DNA of 64,000 nucleotides from Utricularia gibba (taxonomy: Eukaryota > Plantae > Magnoliophyta). Positions 24,901 through 39,800 of the stretch are shown piece after piece. The stretch covers positions 72,258-136,257 of the forward strand of contig NEEC01000107.1 of the NCBI GenBank assembly GCA_002189035.1, in the 5' to 3' direction. Numbering within the stretch: the stretch's first letter is position 1; each line of letters begins with the position of its first letter. The notes beneath the pieces were generated by a model. That model did not search any database. It was not told where the DNA came from and saw nothing but the letters and a program-made list of their open reading frames with translations. The position numbers and the translations under genes are program-made.

Positions 24901-27900
24901 ATCACGATTTTCGTCGAATAGGACCCGATTGGGCTCAGGAGTCGAACCGAACCTTGGGTCCGGATGAACTTCCAACGAAAGCACCCACCCAAAAACGACA
25001 AGCTTTTCCTTCAGAAACCATGTAGGCAGCTGCCGAAAACCCAACGTTAATAAATGGATCACTTTTTTTGCCGGGCTACAAATGACTATGGGCCCGAGCC
25101 CGACCGACCTCCGGCCCGATCCTGGTGCCCCTCGAGAGCGCCTCCTCAAATATAAAGCTTGTGGACAAGAAAACCATTTGGGGTGCTCATGACATCCTAA
25201 CTTCAAAAAATGCATCACGATTTTCGTCGAATAGGACCCCATTGGGCTCAGGAGTCGAACCGAACCTTGGGTCCGGATGAACTTCCCAACGAAAGCACCC
25301 ACCCAAAAACGACAAGCTTTTCCTTCAGAAACAATGTAGGCAGCTGCCGAAAACCCAACGTTAATAAATGGATCACTTTTTGCCGGGCTACAATGACTAT
25401 GGGCCGAGCCCGACCGACCTCCGGCCCGATCCTGTGCCCCTCGAGAGCGCCTCCTCAAATATAAAGCTTGTGGGAAAACCATTTGGGGTGCTCATGACAT
25501 CCTAACTTCAAAAATGCATCACGATTTTCGTCGAATAGGACCCGATTGGGCTCAGGAGTCGAACCGAACTTGGGTCCGGACGAATTCCCAACAAAAGCAC
25601 CCACCCAAAAACGACAAGCTTTTCCTTCAGAAACCATGTAGGCAGCTGCCGAAAACCCAACGTTAATAATGGATCACTTTTTTTGCCGGGCTACAAATGA
25701 CTATGGGCCCGAGCCCGACCTGACCTCCGGCCCGATCCTGTGCCCCTCGAGAGCGCCTCCTCAAATATAAAGCTTGTGGTTGAGAAAACCATTTGGGGTG
25801 CTCATGACATCCTAACTTCAAAAATGCATCACGATTTTCGTCGAATAGGACCCGATTGGGCTCAGGAGTCGAACCGAACCTTGGGTCCGGACGAATTTCC
25901 CAACAAAGCACCCACCAAAAACGACAAGCTTTTCCTTCAGAAACATGTAGGCAGCTGCCGAAAACCCAACGTTAATAAATGGATCACTTTTTTGCCGGGC
26001 TACAAATGACTATGGGCCGAGCCGACCGACCTCCGGCCCGATCCTGGTGCCCTCGAGAGCGCCTCCTCAAATATAAAGCTTGTGGACAAGAAAACCATTT
26101 GGGGTGCTCATGACATCCTAACTTCAAAAAATGCATCACGATTTTCGTCGAATAGGACCCGATTGGGCTCAGGAGTCGAACCGAACCTTGGGTCCGGATG
26201 AACTTCCCAACGAAAGCACCCCCAAAAACGACAAGCTTTTCCTTCAGAAACCATGTAGGCAGCTGCCGAAAACCCAACGTTAATAAATGGATCACTTTTT
26301 TTGCCGGGCTACAAATGACTATGGGCCCGAGCCCGACCGACCTCCGGCCCGATCCTGTGCCCCTCGAGAGCGCCTCCTCAAATATAAAGCTTGTGGACAA
26401 GAAAACCATTTGGGGTGCTCATGACATCCTAACTTCAAAAAATGCATCACGATTTTCGTCGAATAGGACCCGATTGGGCTCAGGAGTCGAACCGAACCTT
26501 GGGTCCGGACGAACTTCCCAACAAAAGCACCCACCCAAAAACGACAAGCTTTTCCTTCAGAAACATGTAGGCAGCTGCCGAAAACCCAACGTTAATAAAT
26601 GGATCACTTTTTTGCCGGGCTACAAATGACTATGGGCCCGAGAGAGACCTCCGGCCCGATCCTGGCCCCTCGAGAGCGCCTCCTCAAATATAAAAGCTTG
26701 GTTGAGAAAACCATTTGGGGTGCTCATGACATCCTAACTTCAAAAAATGCATCACGATTTTCGTCGAATAGGACCCGATTGGGCTCAGGAGTCGAACCGA
26801 ACCTTGGGTCCGGATGAACTTCCCAACGAAAGCACCCACCAAAAACGACAAGCTTTTCCTTCAGAAACCATGTAGGCAGCTGCCGAAAACCCAACGTTAA
26901 TAAATGGATCACTTTTTTTGCCGGGCTACAAATGACTATGGGCCGAGCCCGACCTGACCTCCGGCCCGATCCTGGTGCCCCTCGAGAGCGCCTCCTCAAA
27001 TATAAAGCTTGTGGACAAAAAACCATTTGGGGTGCTCATGACATCCTAACTTCAAAAAATGCATCACGATTTTCGTCGAATAGGACCCCATTGGGCTCAG
27101 GAGTCGAACCGAACCTTGGGTCCGGATGAACTTCCCAACGAAAGCACCCACCCAAAAACGACAAGCTTTTCCTTCAGAAACAATGTAGGCAGCTGCCGAA
27201 AACCCAACGTTAATAAATGGATCACTTTTTTGCCGGGCTACAAATGACTATGGGCCCGAGCCGACCCGACCTCCGGCCCGATCCTAGTGCCCCTCGAGAG
27301 CGCCTCCTCAAATATAAAGCTTGTGGACAAGAAACCATTTGGGGTGCTCATGACATCCTAACTTCAAAAAATGCATCACGATTTTCGTCGAATAGGACCC
27401 GATTGGGCTCAGGAGTCGAACCGAACCTTGGGTCCGGACGAACCCCAAAAAGCACCCACCCAAAAACGACAAGCTTTTCCTTCAGAAACATGTAGGCAGC
27501 TGCCGAAAACCCAACGTTAATAAATGGATCACTTTTTTGCCGGGCTACAAATGACTATGGGCCGAGCCCGACCGACCTCCGCCCGATCCTGGTGCCCCTC
27601 GAGAGCGCCTCCTCAAATATAAAGCTTGTGGAGAAAACCATTTGGGGTGCTCATGACATCCTAACTTCAAAAAATGCATCACGATTTTCGTCGAATAGGA
27701 CCCCATTGGGCTCAGGAGTCGAACCGAACCTTGGGTCCGGATGAACTTCCCAACGAAAGCACCCACCAAAAACGACAAGCTTTTCCTTCAGAAACAATGT
27801 AGGCAGCTGCCGAAAACCCAACGTTAATAAATGGATCACTTTTTTGCCGGGCTACAAATGACTATGGGCCCGAGCCCGACCTGACCTCCGGCCCGATCCT

Positions 27901-30900
27901 GTGCCCCTCGAGAGCGCCTCCTCAAATATAAAGCTTGTGGAGAAAACCATTTGGGGTGCTCATGACATCCTAACTTCAAAAAATGCATCACGATTTTCGT
28001 CGAATAGGACCCGATTGGGCTCAGGAGTCGAACCGAACCTTGGGTCCGGATGAACTTCCCAACGAAAGCACCCACCCAAAAACGACAAGCTTTTCCTTCA
28101 GAAACCATGTAGGCAGCTGCCGAAAACCCAACGTTAATAAATGGATCACTTTTTTGCCGGGCTACAAATGACTATGGGCCGAGCCGACGACCTCCGGCCC
28201 GATCCTAGTGCCCCTCGAGAGCGCCTCCTCAAATATAAAGCTGTGGTGAGAAAACCATTTGGGGTGCTCATGACATCCTAACTTCAAAAAATGCATCACG
28301 ATTTTCGTCGAATAGGACCCGATTGGGCTCAGGAGTCGAACCGAACCTTGGGTCCGGACGAATTTCCAACAAAGCACCACCCAAAAACGACAAGCTTTTC
28401 CTTCAGAAACCATGTAGGCAGCTGCCGAAAACCCAACGTTAATAAATGGATCACTTTTTTGCCGGGCTACAAATGACTATGGGCCGAGCCCGACCTGACC
28501 TCCGGCCCGATCCTGTGCCCCTCGAGAGCGCCTCCTCAAATATAAAGCTTGTGGACAAGAAAACCATTTGGGGTGCTCATGACATCCTAACTTCAAAAAA
28601 ATGCATCACGATTTTCGTCGAATAGGACCCATTGGGCTCAGGAGTCGAACAGAACCTTGGGTCCGGATGAACTTCCCAACGAAAGCACCCACCCAAAAAC
28701 GACAAGCTTTTCCTTCAGAAACAATGTAGGCAGCTGCCGAAAACCCAACGTTAATAAATGGATCACTTTTTTTCCGGGCTACAAATGACTATGGGCCGAG
28801 CCGACCTGACCTCCGGCCCGATCCTGGTGCCCCTCGAGAGCGCCTCCTCAAATATAAAGCTTGTGGACAGAAAACCATTTGGGGTGCTCATGACATCCTA
28901 ACTTCAAAAAATGCATCACGATTTTCGTCGAATAGGACCCGATTGGGCTCAGGAGTCGAACCGAACCTTGGGTCCGGATGAACTTCCCAACGAAAGCACC
29001 CACCCAAAAACGACAAGCTTTTCCTTCAGAAACCATGTAGGCAGCTGCCGAAAACCAACGTTAATAAATGGATCACTTTTTTGCCGGGCTACAAATGACT
29101 ATGGGCCGAGCCCGACCTGACCTCCGGCCGATCCTAGTGCCCCTCGAGAGCGCCTCCTCAAATATAAAGCTTGTGGACAAGAAAACCATTTGGGGTGCTC
29201 ATGACATCCTAACTTCAAAAAATGCATCACGATTTTCGTCGAATAGGACCCGATTGGGCTCAGGAGTCGAACCGAACCTTGGGTCCGGATGAATTCCCAA
29301 CGAAAGCACCCACCAAAAACGACAAGCTTTTCCTTCAGAAACCATGTAGGCAGCTGCCGAAAACCCAACGTTAATAAATGGATCACTTTTTTTGCCGGGC
29401 TACAAATGACTATGGGCCCGAGCCGACCGACCTCCGGCCCGATCCTAGTGCCCCTCGAGAGCGCCTCCTCAAATAAAAAGCTGTGGTTGAGAAAACCATT
29501 TGGGGTGCTCATGACATCCTAACTTCAAAAATGCATCACGATTTTCGTCGAATAGGACCCGATTGGGCTCAGGAGTCGAACCGAACCTTGGGTCCGGATG
29601 AATTTCCAACAAAAGCACCCACCCAAAAACGACAAGCTTTTCCTTCAGAAACCATGTAGGCAGCTGCCGAAAACCCAACGTTAATAAATGGATCACTTTT
29701 TTGCCGGGCTACAAATGACTATGGGCCCGAGCCCGACCTGACCTCCGGCCCGATCCTAGTGCCCCTCGAGAGCGCCTCCTCAAATATAAAGCTTGTGGAC
29801 AAGAAAACCATTTGGGGTGCTCATGACATCCTAACTTCAAAAAATGCATCACGATTTTCGTCGAATAGGACCCATTGGGCTCAGGAGTCGAACCGAACCT
29901 TGGGTCCGGATGAACTTCCCAACGAAAGCACCCACCCAAAAACGACAAGCTTTTCCTTCAGAAACAATGTAGGCAGCTGCCGAAAACCCAACGTTAATAA
30001 ATGGATCACTTTTTTGCCGGGCTACAAATGACTATGGGCCGAGCCCGACCGACCTCCGGCCCGATCCTGTGCCCTCGAGAGCGCCTCAAATATAAAGCTT
30101 GTGGACAAGAAAACCATTTGGGGTGCTCATGACATCCTAACTTCAAAAATGCATCACGATTTTCGTCGAATAGGACCCGATTGGGCTCAGGAGTCGAACG
30201 AACCTTGGGTCCGGACGAACTTCCCAACGAAAGCACCACCCAAAAACGACAAGCTTTTCCTTCAGAAACCATGTAGGCAGCTGCCGAAAACCCAACGTTA
30301 ATAAATGGATCACTTTTTCCGGGCTACAAATGACTATGGGCCGAGCCCGATGACCTCCGGCCCGATCCTGGTGCCCCTCGAGAGCGCCTCCTCAAATATA
30401 AAGCTTGTGGAGAAAACCATTTGGGGTGCTCATGACATCCTAACTTCAAAAAATGCATCACGATTTTCGTCGAATAGGACCTTGGGCTCAGGAGTCGAAC
30501 CGAACCTTGGGTCGGATGAATTCCCAAAAAGCACCCACCCAAAAACGACAAGCTTTTCCTTCAGAAACCATGTAGGCAGCTGCCGAAAACCCAACGTTAA
30601 TAAATGGATCACTTTTTTGCCGGGCTACAAATGACTATGGGCCCAGAGATGACCTCCGGCCCGATCCTGTGCCCCTCGAGAGCGCCTCTCAAATATAAAG
30701 CTGTGGTTGAGAAAACCATTTGGGGTGCTCATGACATCCTAACTTCAAAAAATGCATCACGATTTTCGTCGAATAGGACCCGATTGGGCTCAGGAGTCGA
30801 ACCGAACCTTGGGTCCGGACGAATTCCCAACAAAGCACCCACCCAAAAACGACAAGCTTTTCCTTCAGAAACCATGTAGGCAGCTGCCGAAAACCCAACG

Positions 30901-33140
30901 TTAATAAATGGATCACTTTTTTGCCGGGCTACAAATGACTATGGGCCCGAGCCCGACCGACCTCCGGCCCGATCCTGGTGCCCCTCGAGAGCGCCTCCTC
31001 AAATAAAAGCTTGTGGACAAGAAAACCATTTGGGGTGCTCATGACATCCTAACTTCAAAAAATGCATCACGATTTTCGTCGAATAGGACCCGATTGGGCT
31101 CAGGAGTCGAACAGAACCTTGGGTCCGGATGAACTTCCAACGAAAGCACCCACCCAAAAACGACAAGCTTTTCCTTCAGAAACAATGTAGGCAGCTGCCG
31201 AAAACCCAACGTTAATAAATGGATCACTTTTTTTGCCGGGCTACAAATGACTATGGGCCCGAGGACCGACTCCGGCCCGATCCTGCCCCTCGAGAGCGCC
31301 TCCTCAAATATAAAGCTTGTGGATGAGAAAACATTTGGGGTGCTCATGACATCCTAACTTCAAAAAATGCATCACGATTTTCGTCGAATAGGACCCGATT
31401 GGGCTCAGGAGTCGAACCGAACCTTGGGTCCGGACGAATTTCCCAACAACAGCACCACCCCAAAAACGACAAGCTTTTCCTTCAGAAACCATGTAGGCAG
31501 CTGCCGAAAACCCAACGTTAATAAATGGATCACTTTTTTTGCCGGGCTACAAATGACTATGGGCCGAGCCCGACCTGACCTCCGGCCCGATCCTAGTGCC
31601 CCTCGAGAGCGCCTCCTCAAATATAAAGCTTGTGGAGAAAACCATTTGGGTGCTCATGACATCCTAACTTCAAAAATGCATCACGATTTTCGTCGAATAG
31701 GACCCGATTGGGCTCAGGAGTCGAACAGAACCTTGGGTCCGGATGAACTTCCCAACGAAAGCACCCACCCAAAAACGACAAGCTTTTCCTTCAGAAACAA
31801 TGTAGGCAGCTGCCGAAAACCCAACGTTAATAAATGGATCACTTTTTTGCCGGGCTACAAATGACTATGGGCCGAGCCCGACGGACCTCCGGCCCGATCC
31901 TGGTGCCCCTCGAGAGCGCCTCCTCAAATATAAAGCTTGTGGACAAGAAAACCATTTGGGGTGCTCATGACATCCTAACTTCAAAAAATGCATCACGATT
32001 TTCGTCGAATAGGACCCGATTGGGCTCAGGAGTCGAACAGAACCTTGGGTCCGGATGAACTTCCCAACGAAAGCACCCACCCAAAAACGACAAGCTTTTC
32101 CTTCAGAAACCATGTAGGCAGCTGCCGAAAACCCAACGTTAATAAATGGATCACTTTTTTGCCGGGCTACAAATGACTATGGGCCCGAGCCCGACCTGAC
32201 CTCCGGCCCGATCCTGGTGCCCCTCGAGAGCGCCTCCTCAAATAAAAAGCTTGTGGAAAGAAAACCATTTGGGTGCTCATGACATCCTAACTTCAAAAAA
32301 TGCATCACGATTTTCGTCGAATAGGACCCCATTGGGCTCAGGAGTCGAACCGAACCTTGGGTCCGGACGAACTTCCCAACGAAAGCACCCACCAAAAACG
32401 ACAAGCTTTTCCTTCAGAAACCATGTAGGCAGCTGCCGAAAAACCCAACGTTAATAAATGGATCACTTTTTTTGCCGGGCTACAAATGACTATGGGCCCG
32501 AGCGACCCGACCTCCGGCCCGATCCTAGTGCCCCTCGAGAGCGCCTCCTCAAATATAAAGCTTGTGGACAAAAAACCATTTGGGGTGCTCATGACATCCT
32601 AACTTCAAAAAATGCATCACGATTTTCGTCGAATAGGACCGATTGGGCTCAGGAGTCGAACCGAACCTTGGGTCCGGACGAATTTCCCAACAAAAGCACC
32701 CACCCAAAAACGACAAGCTTTTCCTTCAGAAACCATGTAGGCAGGTGCCGAAAACCCAACGTTAATAAATGGATCACTTTTTTTGCCGGGCTACAAATGA
32801 CTATGGGCCGAGCCCGACCTGACCTCCGGCCCGATCCTGGTGCCCCTCGAGAGCGCCTCCTCAAATATAAAGCTTGTGGACAAGAAAACCATTTGGGGTG
32901 CTCATGACATCCTAACTTCAAAAAATGCATCACGATTTTCGTCGAATAGGACCCCATTGGGCTCAGGAGTCGAACCGAACCTTGGGTCCGGATGAACTTC
33001 CCAACGAAAGCACCCACCCAAAAACGACAAGCTTTTCCTTCAGAAACAATGTAGGCAGCTGCCGAAAACCCAACGTTAATAAATGGATCACTTTTTTTGC
33101 CGGGCTACAAATGACTATGGGCCGAGCCCGACCTGACCTC
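18989..33140 (+). repeat. Variant domain enriched for the gacctgac allele
   Basis: ctgac at ~18989, 20202, 21122, 24792, 25720, 26954, 27881, 28495, 28806, 29117, 29738, 31575, 32196, 32819 and 33133. One earlier copy at 11271; none noticed after 33.2 kb. Confidence 0.75.
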
Positions 33141-36100
33141 CGGCCCGATCCTGGTGCCCCTCGAGAGCGCCTCCTCAAATATAAAGCTTGTGGACAAGAA
33201 AACCATTTGGGGTGCTCATGACATCCTAACTTCAAAAAATGCATCACGATTTTCGTCGAATAGGACCCCATTGGGCTCAGGAGTCGAACCGAACCTTGGG
33301 TCCGGATGAACTTCCCAACGAAAGCACCCACCCAAAAAACGACAAGCTTTTCCTTCAGAAAACCATGTAGCAGCTGCCGAAAACCCAACGTTAATAAATG
33401 GATCACTTTTTTGCCGGGCTACAAATGACTATGGGCCGAGCCGACCCGACCTCCGGCCCGATCCTAGTGCCCCTCGAGAGCGCCTCCTCAAATATAAAGC
33501 TTGTGGTTGAGAAAACCATTTGGGGTGCTCATGACATCCTAACTTCAAAAAATGCATCACGATTTTCGTCGAATAGGACCCATTGGCTCAGGAGTCGAAC
33601 CGAACCTTGGGTCCGGACGAACTTCCCAACGAAAGCACCCACCCAAAAACGACAAGCTTTTCCTTCAAACCATGTAGGCAGCTGCCGAAAACCCAACGTT
33701 AATAAATGGATCACTTTTTTGCCGGGCTACAAATGACTATGGGCCGAGCCCGACCGACCTCCGGCCCGATCCTGTGCCCCTCGAGAGCGCCTCCTCAAAT
33801 ATAAAGCTTGTGGACAAGAAAACCATTTGGGGTGCTCATGACATCCTAACTTCAAAAAATGCATCACGATTTTCGTCGAATAGGACCCGATTGGGCTCAG
33901 GAGTCGAACCGAACCTTGGGTCCGGATGAACTTCCCAACGAAAGCACCCACCCAAAAACGACAAGCTTTTCCTTCAGAAACCATGTAGGCAGCCGAAAAC
34001 CCAACGTTAATAAATGGATCACTTTTTTTGCCGGGCTACAAATGACTATGGGGCCGAGCCCGACCGACCTCCGGCCCGATCCTAGTGCCCCTCGAGAGCG
34101 CCTCCTCAAATAAAAAGCATGTGGTTGAGAAAACCATTTGGGGTGCTCATGACATCCTAACTTCAAAAAATGCATCACGATTTTCGTCGAATAGGACCCG
34201 ATTGGGCTCAGGAGTCGAACCGAACCTTGGGTCCGGACGAATTCCAACAAAGCACCCACCCAAAAACGACAAGCTTTTCCTTCAGAAACCATGTAGGCAG
34301 CTGCCGAAAACCCAACGTTAATAAATGGATCACTTTTTTTGCCGGGCTACAAATGACTATGGGCCGAGCCCGACCCGACCTCCGGCCCGATCCTGGTGCC
34401 CCTCGAGAGCGCCTCCTCAAATATAAAGCTTGTGGAAAACCATTTGGGGTGCTCATGACATCCTAACTTCAAAAAATGCATCACGATTTTCGTCGAATAG
34501 GACCCGATTGGGCTCAGGAGTCGAACGAACCTTGGGTCCGGATGAACTTCCCAACGAAAGCACCCACCCAAAAACGACAAGCTTTTCCTTCAGAAACATG
34601 TAGGCAGCTGCCGAAAACCCAACGTTAAAAATGGATCACTTTTTTTGCCGGGCTACAAATGACTATGGGCCGAGCCCGACCCGACCTCCGGCCCGATCCT
34701 AGTGCCCCTCGAGAGCGCCTCCTCAAATATAAAGCTTGTGGAGAAAACCATTTGGGGTGCTCATGACATCCTAACTTCAAAAAATGCATCACGATTTTCG
34801 TCGAATAGGACCCGATTGGGCTCAGGAGTCGAACGAACCTTGGGTCCGGATGAACTTCCCAAAAAGCACCCACCCAAAAACGACAAGCTTTTCCTTCAGA
34901 AACCATGTAGGCAGCTGCCGAAAACCCAACGTTAATAAATGGATCACTTTTTTTGCCGGGCTACAAATGACTATGGGGCCGAGCCCGACCGACCTCCGGC
35001 CCGATCCTGGTGCCCCTCGAGAGCGCCTCCTCAAAATAAAGCTTGTGGACAAGAAAACCATTTGGGGTGCTCATGACATCCTAACTTCAAAAATGCATCA
35101 CGATTTTCGTCGAATAGGACCCGATTGGGCTCAGGAGTCGAACCGAACCTTGGGTCCGGATGAACTTCCCAACGAAAGCACCCACCCAAAAACGACAAGC
35201 TTTTCCTTCAGAAACCATGTAGGCAGCTGCCGAAAACCCAACGTTAATAAATGGATCACTTTTTTTGCCGGGCTACAAATGACTATGGGCCCGAGCGACG
35301 ACCTCCGGCCCGATCCTAGTGCCCCTCGAGAGCGCCTCCTCAAATAAAAAGCTTGTGGTTGAGAAAACCATTTGGGGTGCTCATGACATCCTAACTTCAA
35401 AAAATGCATCACGATTTCGTCGAATAGGACCCGATTGGGCTCAGGAGTCGAACCGAACCTTGGGTCCGGACGAATTCCAACAAAGCACCCACCCAAAAAC
35501 GACAAGCTTTTCCTTCAAACCATGTAGGCAGCTGCCGAAAACCCAACGTTAATAAATGGATCACTTTTTTTGCCGGGCTACAAATGACTATGGGCCGAGC
35601 CCGACCCGACCTCCGGCCCGATCCTGGTGCCCCTCGAGAGCGCCTCCTCAAATATAAAGCTTGTGGATGAGAAAACCATTTGGGGTGCTCATGACATCCT
35701 AACTTCAATAAATGCATCACGATTTTCGTCGAATAGGACCCATTGGGCTCAGGAGTCGAACGAACCTTGGGTCCGGATGAACTTCCAACGAAAGCACCCA
35801 CCCAAAAAACGAAGCTTTTCCTTCAGAAACATGTAGGCAGCTGCCGAAAACCCAACGTTAATAAATGGATCACTTTTTTTGCCGGGCTACAAATGACTAT
35901 GGGCCCGAGCCCGACCGACCTCCGGCCCGATCCTAGTGCCCCTCGAGAGCGCCTCCTCAAATATAAAGCTTGTGGAGAAAACCATTTGGGGTGCTCATGA
36001 CATCCTAACTTCAATAAATGCATCACGATTTTCGTCGAATAGGACCCGATTGGGCTCAGGAGTCGAACCGAACCTTGGGTCCGGACGAATTTCCCAACAA

Positions 36101-36835
36101 AGCACCCACCCAAAAACGACAAGCTTTTCCTTCAGAAACCATGTAGGCAGCTGCCGAAAACCCAACGTTAATAAATGGATCACTTTTTTTGCCGGGCTAC
36201 AAATGACTATGGGCCCGAGCCCGACCGACCTCCGGCCCGATCCTGTGCCCCTCGAGAGCGCCTCCTCAAATATAAAGCTTGTGGTGAGAAAACCATTTGG
36301 GGTGCTCATGACATCCTAACTTCAAAAAATGCATCACGATTTTCGTCGAATAGGACCCGATTGGGCTCAGGAGTCGAACGAACCTTGGGTCCGGACGAAC
36401 TTCCCAACGAAAGCACCCACCCAAAAACGACAAGCTTTTCCTTCAGAAACCATGTAGGCAGCTGCCGAAAACCCAACGTTAATAAATGGATCACTTTTTT
36501 GCCGGGCTACAAATGACTATGGGCCCGAGCCCGACCGACCTCCGGCCCGATCCTGGTGCCCCTCGAGAGCGCCTCCTCAAATATAAAGCTTGTGGAGAAA
36601 ACCATTTGGGGTGCTCATGACATCCTAACTTCAAAAAATGCATCACGATTTTCGTCGAATAGGACCCCGATGGGCTCAGGAGTCGAACCGAACCTTGGGT
36701 CCGGATGAACTTCCAACGAAAGCACCCACCCAAAAACGACAAGCTTTTCCTTCAGAAACATGTAGGCAGCTGCCGAAAACCCAACGTTAATAAATGGATC
36801 ACTTTTTTTGCCGGGCTACAAATGACTATGGGCCC

Positions 36836-39800
36836 GAGTTCGACCCGACCTCCGGCCCGATCCTAGTGCCCCTCGAGAGCGCCTCCTCAAATATAAAGCT
36901 TGTGGTTGAGAAAACCATTTGGGGTGCTCATGACATCCTAACTTCAAAAAAATGCATCACGATTTCGTCGAATAGGACCCGATTGGGCTCAGGAGTCGAA
37001 CCGAACCTTGGGTCCGGACGAACTTCCAACAAAGCACCCACCCAAAAACGACAAGCTTTTCCTTCAGAAACCATGTAGGCAGCTGCCGAAAACCCAACGT
37101 TAATAAATGGATCACTTTTTTTGCCGGGCTACAAATGACTATGGGCCCGAGCCCGACCCGACCTCCGGCCCGATCCTAGTGCCCTCGAGAGCGCCTCCTC
37201 AAATATAAAGCTTGTGGATGAGAAAACCATTTGGGGTGCTCATGACATCCTAACTTCAAAAAATGCATCACGATTTTCGTCGAATAGGACCCGATTGGGC
37301 TCAGGAGTCGAACGAACCTTGGGTCCGGACGAACTTCCCAACAAAGCACCCACCCAAAAACGACAAGCTTTTCCTTCAGAAACCATGTAGGCAGCTGCCG
37401 AAAACCCAACGTTAATAAATGGATCACTTTTTTGCCGGGCTACAAATGACTATGGGGCCGAGCCCGACCGACCTCCCCGATCCTGGTGCCCCTCGAGAGC
37501 GCCTCCTCAAATATAAAGCTTGTGGACAAGAAAACCATTTGGGGTGCTCATGACATCCTAACTTCAAAAAATGCATCACGATTTTCGTCGAATAGGACCC
37601 GATTGGGCTCAGGAGTCGAACCGAACCTTGGGTCCGGATGAATTCCCAACGAAAGCACCCACCCAAAAACGACAAGCTTTTCCTTCAGAAACCATGTAGG
37701 CAGCTGCCGAAAACCCAAACGTTAATAAATGGATCACTTTTTTTGCCGGGCTACAAATGACTATGGGCCCGAGTTCGACCGACCTCCGGCCCGATCCTAG
37801 TGCCCCTCGAGAGCGCCTCCTCAAATAAAAAGCTTGTGGTTGAGAAAACCATTTGGGGTGCTCATGACATCCTAACTTCAAAAATGCATCACGATTTTCG
37901 TCGAATAGGACCCGATTGGGCTCAGGAGTCGAACCGAACCTTGGGTCCGGACGAACTTCCAACAAAGCACCCACCAAAAACGACAAGCTTTTCCTTCAGA
38001 AACCATGTAGGCAGCTGCCGAAAACCCAACGTTAATAAATGGATCACTTTTTTTGCCGGGCTACAAATGACTATGGGCCCGAGCCCGACCCGACCTCCGG
38101 CCCGATCCTGGTGCCCCTCGAGAGCGCCTCCTCAAATATAAAGCTTGTGGACAAGAAAACCATTTGGGGTGCTCATGACATCCTAACTTCAAAAAATGCA
38201 TCACGATTTTCGTCGAATAGGACCCGATTGGGCTCAGGAGTCGAACGAACCTTGGGTCCGGATGAACTTCCCAACGAAAGCACCCACCCAAAAACGACAA
38301 GCTTTTCCTTCAGAAACATGTAGGCAGCTGCCGAAAACCCAACGTTAATAAATGGATCACTTTTTTTGCCGGGCTACAAATGACTATGGGCCCGAGCCCG
38401 ACCGACCTCCGGCCCGATCCTGGTGCCCCTCGAGAGCGCCTCCTCAAATATAAAGCTTGTGGAGAAAACCATTTGGGGTGCTCATGACATCCTAACTTCA
38501 ATAAATGCATCACGATTTTCGTCGAATAGGACCCGATTGGGCTCAGGAGTCGAACCGAACCTTGGGTCCGGATGAATTTCCAACAAAGCACCCACCCAAA
38601 AACGACAAGCTTTTCCTTCAAAACCATGTAGGCAGCTGCCGAAAACCCAACGTTAATAAATGGATCACTTTTTTGCCGGGCTACAAATGACTATGGGCCG
38701 AGCCCGACCGACCTCCGGCCCGATCCTAGTGCCCCTCGAGAGCGCCTCCTCAAATATAAAGCTTGTGGTGAGAAAACCATTTGGGGTGCTCATGACATCC
38801 TAACTTCAAAAAATGCATCACGATTTTCGTCGAATAGGACCCGATTGGGCTCAGGAGTCGAACGAACCTTGGGTCCGGATGAATTCCCAACGAAAGCACC
38901 CACCAAAAACGACAAGCTTTTCCTTCAGAAACATGTAGGCAGTGCCGAAAACCCAACGTTAATAAATGGATCACTTTTTTGCCGGGCTACAAATGACTAT
39001 GGGGCCGAGCCCGACCGACCTCCGGCCCGATCCTGGTGCCCCTCGAGAGCGCCTCCTCAAATATAAAGCTTGTGGACAAGAAAACCATTTGGGGTGCTCA
39101 TGACATCCTAACTTCAAAAAATGCATCACGATTTTCGTCGAATAGGACCCGATTGGGCTCAGGAGTCGAACGAACCTTGGGTCCGGATGAACTTCCCAAC
39201 GAAAGCACCCACCCAAAAACGACAAGCTTTTCCTTCAGAAACATGTAGGCAGCTGCCGAAAACCCAACGTTAATAAATGGATCACTTTTTTTGCCGGGCT
39301 ACAAATGACTATGGGCCCGAGCCCGACCGACCTCCGGCCCGATCCTAGTGCCCCTCGAGAGCGCCTCCTCAAATATAAAGCTTGTGGAGAAAACCATTTG
39401 GGGTGCTCATGACATCCTAACTTCAAAAAATGCATCACGATTTTCGTCGAATAGGACCCGATTGGGCTCAGGAGTCGAACCGAACCTTGGGTCCGGATGA
39501 ACTTCCCAACGAAAGCACCCACCCAAAAACGACAAGCTTTTCCTTCAGAAACCATGTAGGCAGCTGCCGAAAACCCAACGTTAATAAATGGATCACTTTT
39601 TTTGCCGGGCTACAAATGACTATGGGCCCGAGCCCGACCGACCTCCGGCCCGATCCTAGTGCCCCTCGAGAGCGCCTCCTCAAATATAAAGCTTGTGGAG
39701 AGAAAACCATTTGGGGTGCTCATGACATCCTAACTTCAAAAAATGCATCACGATTTTCGTCGAATAGGACCCGATTGGGCTCAGGAGTCGAACCGAACCT

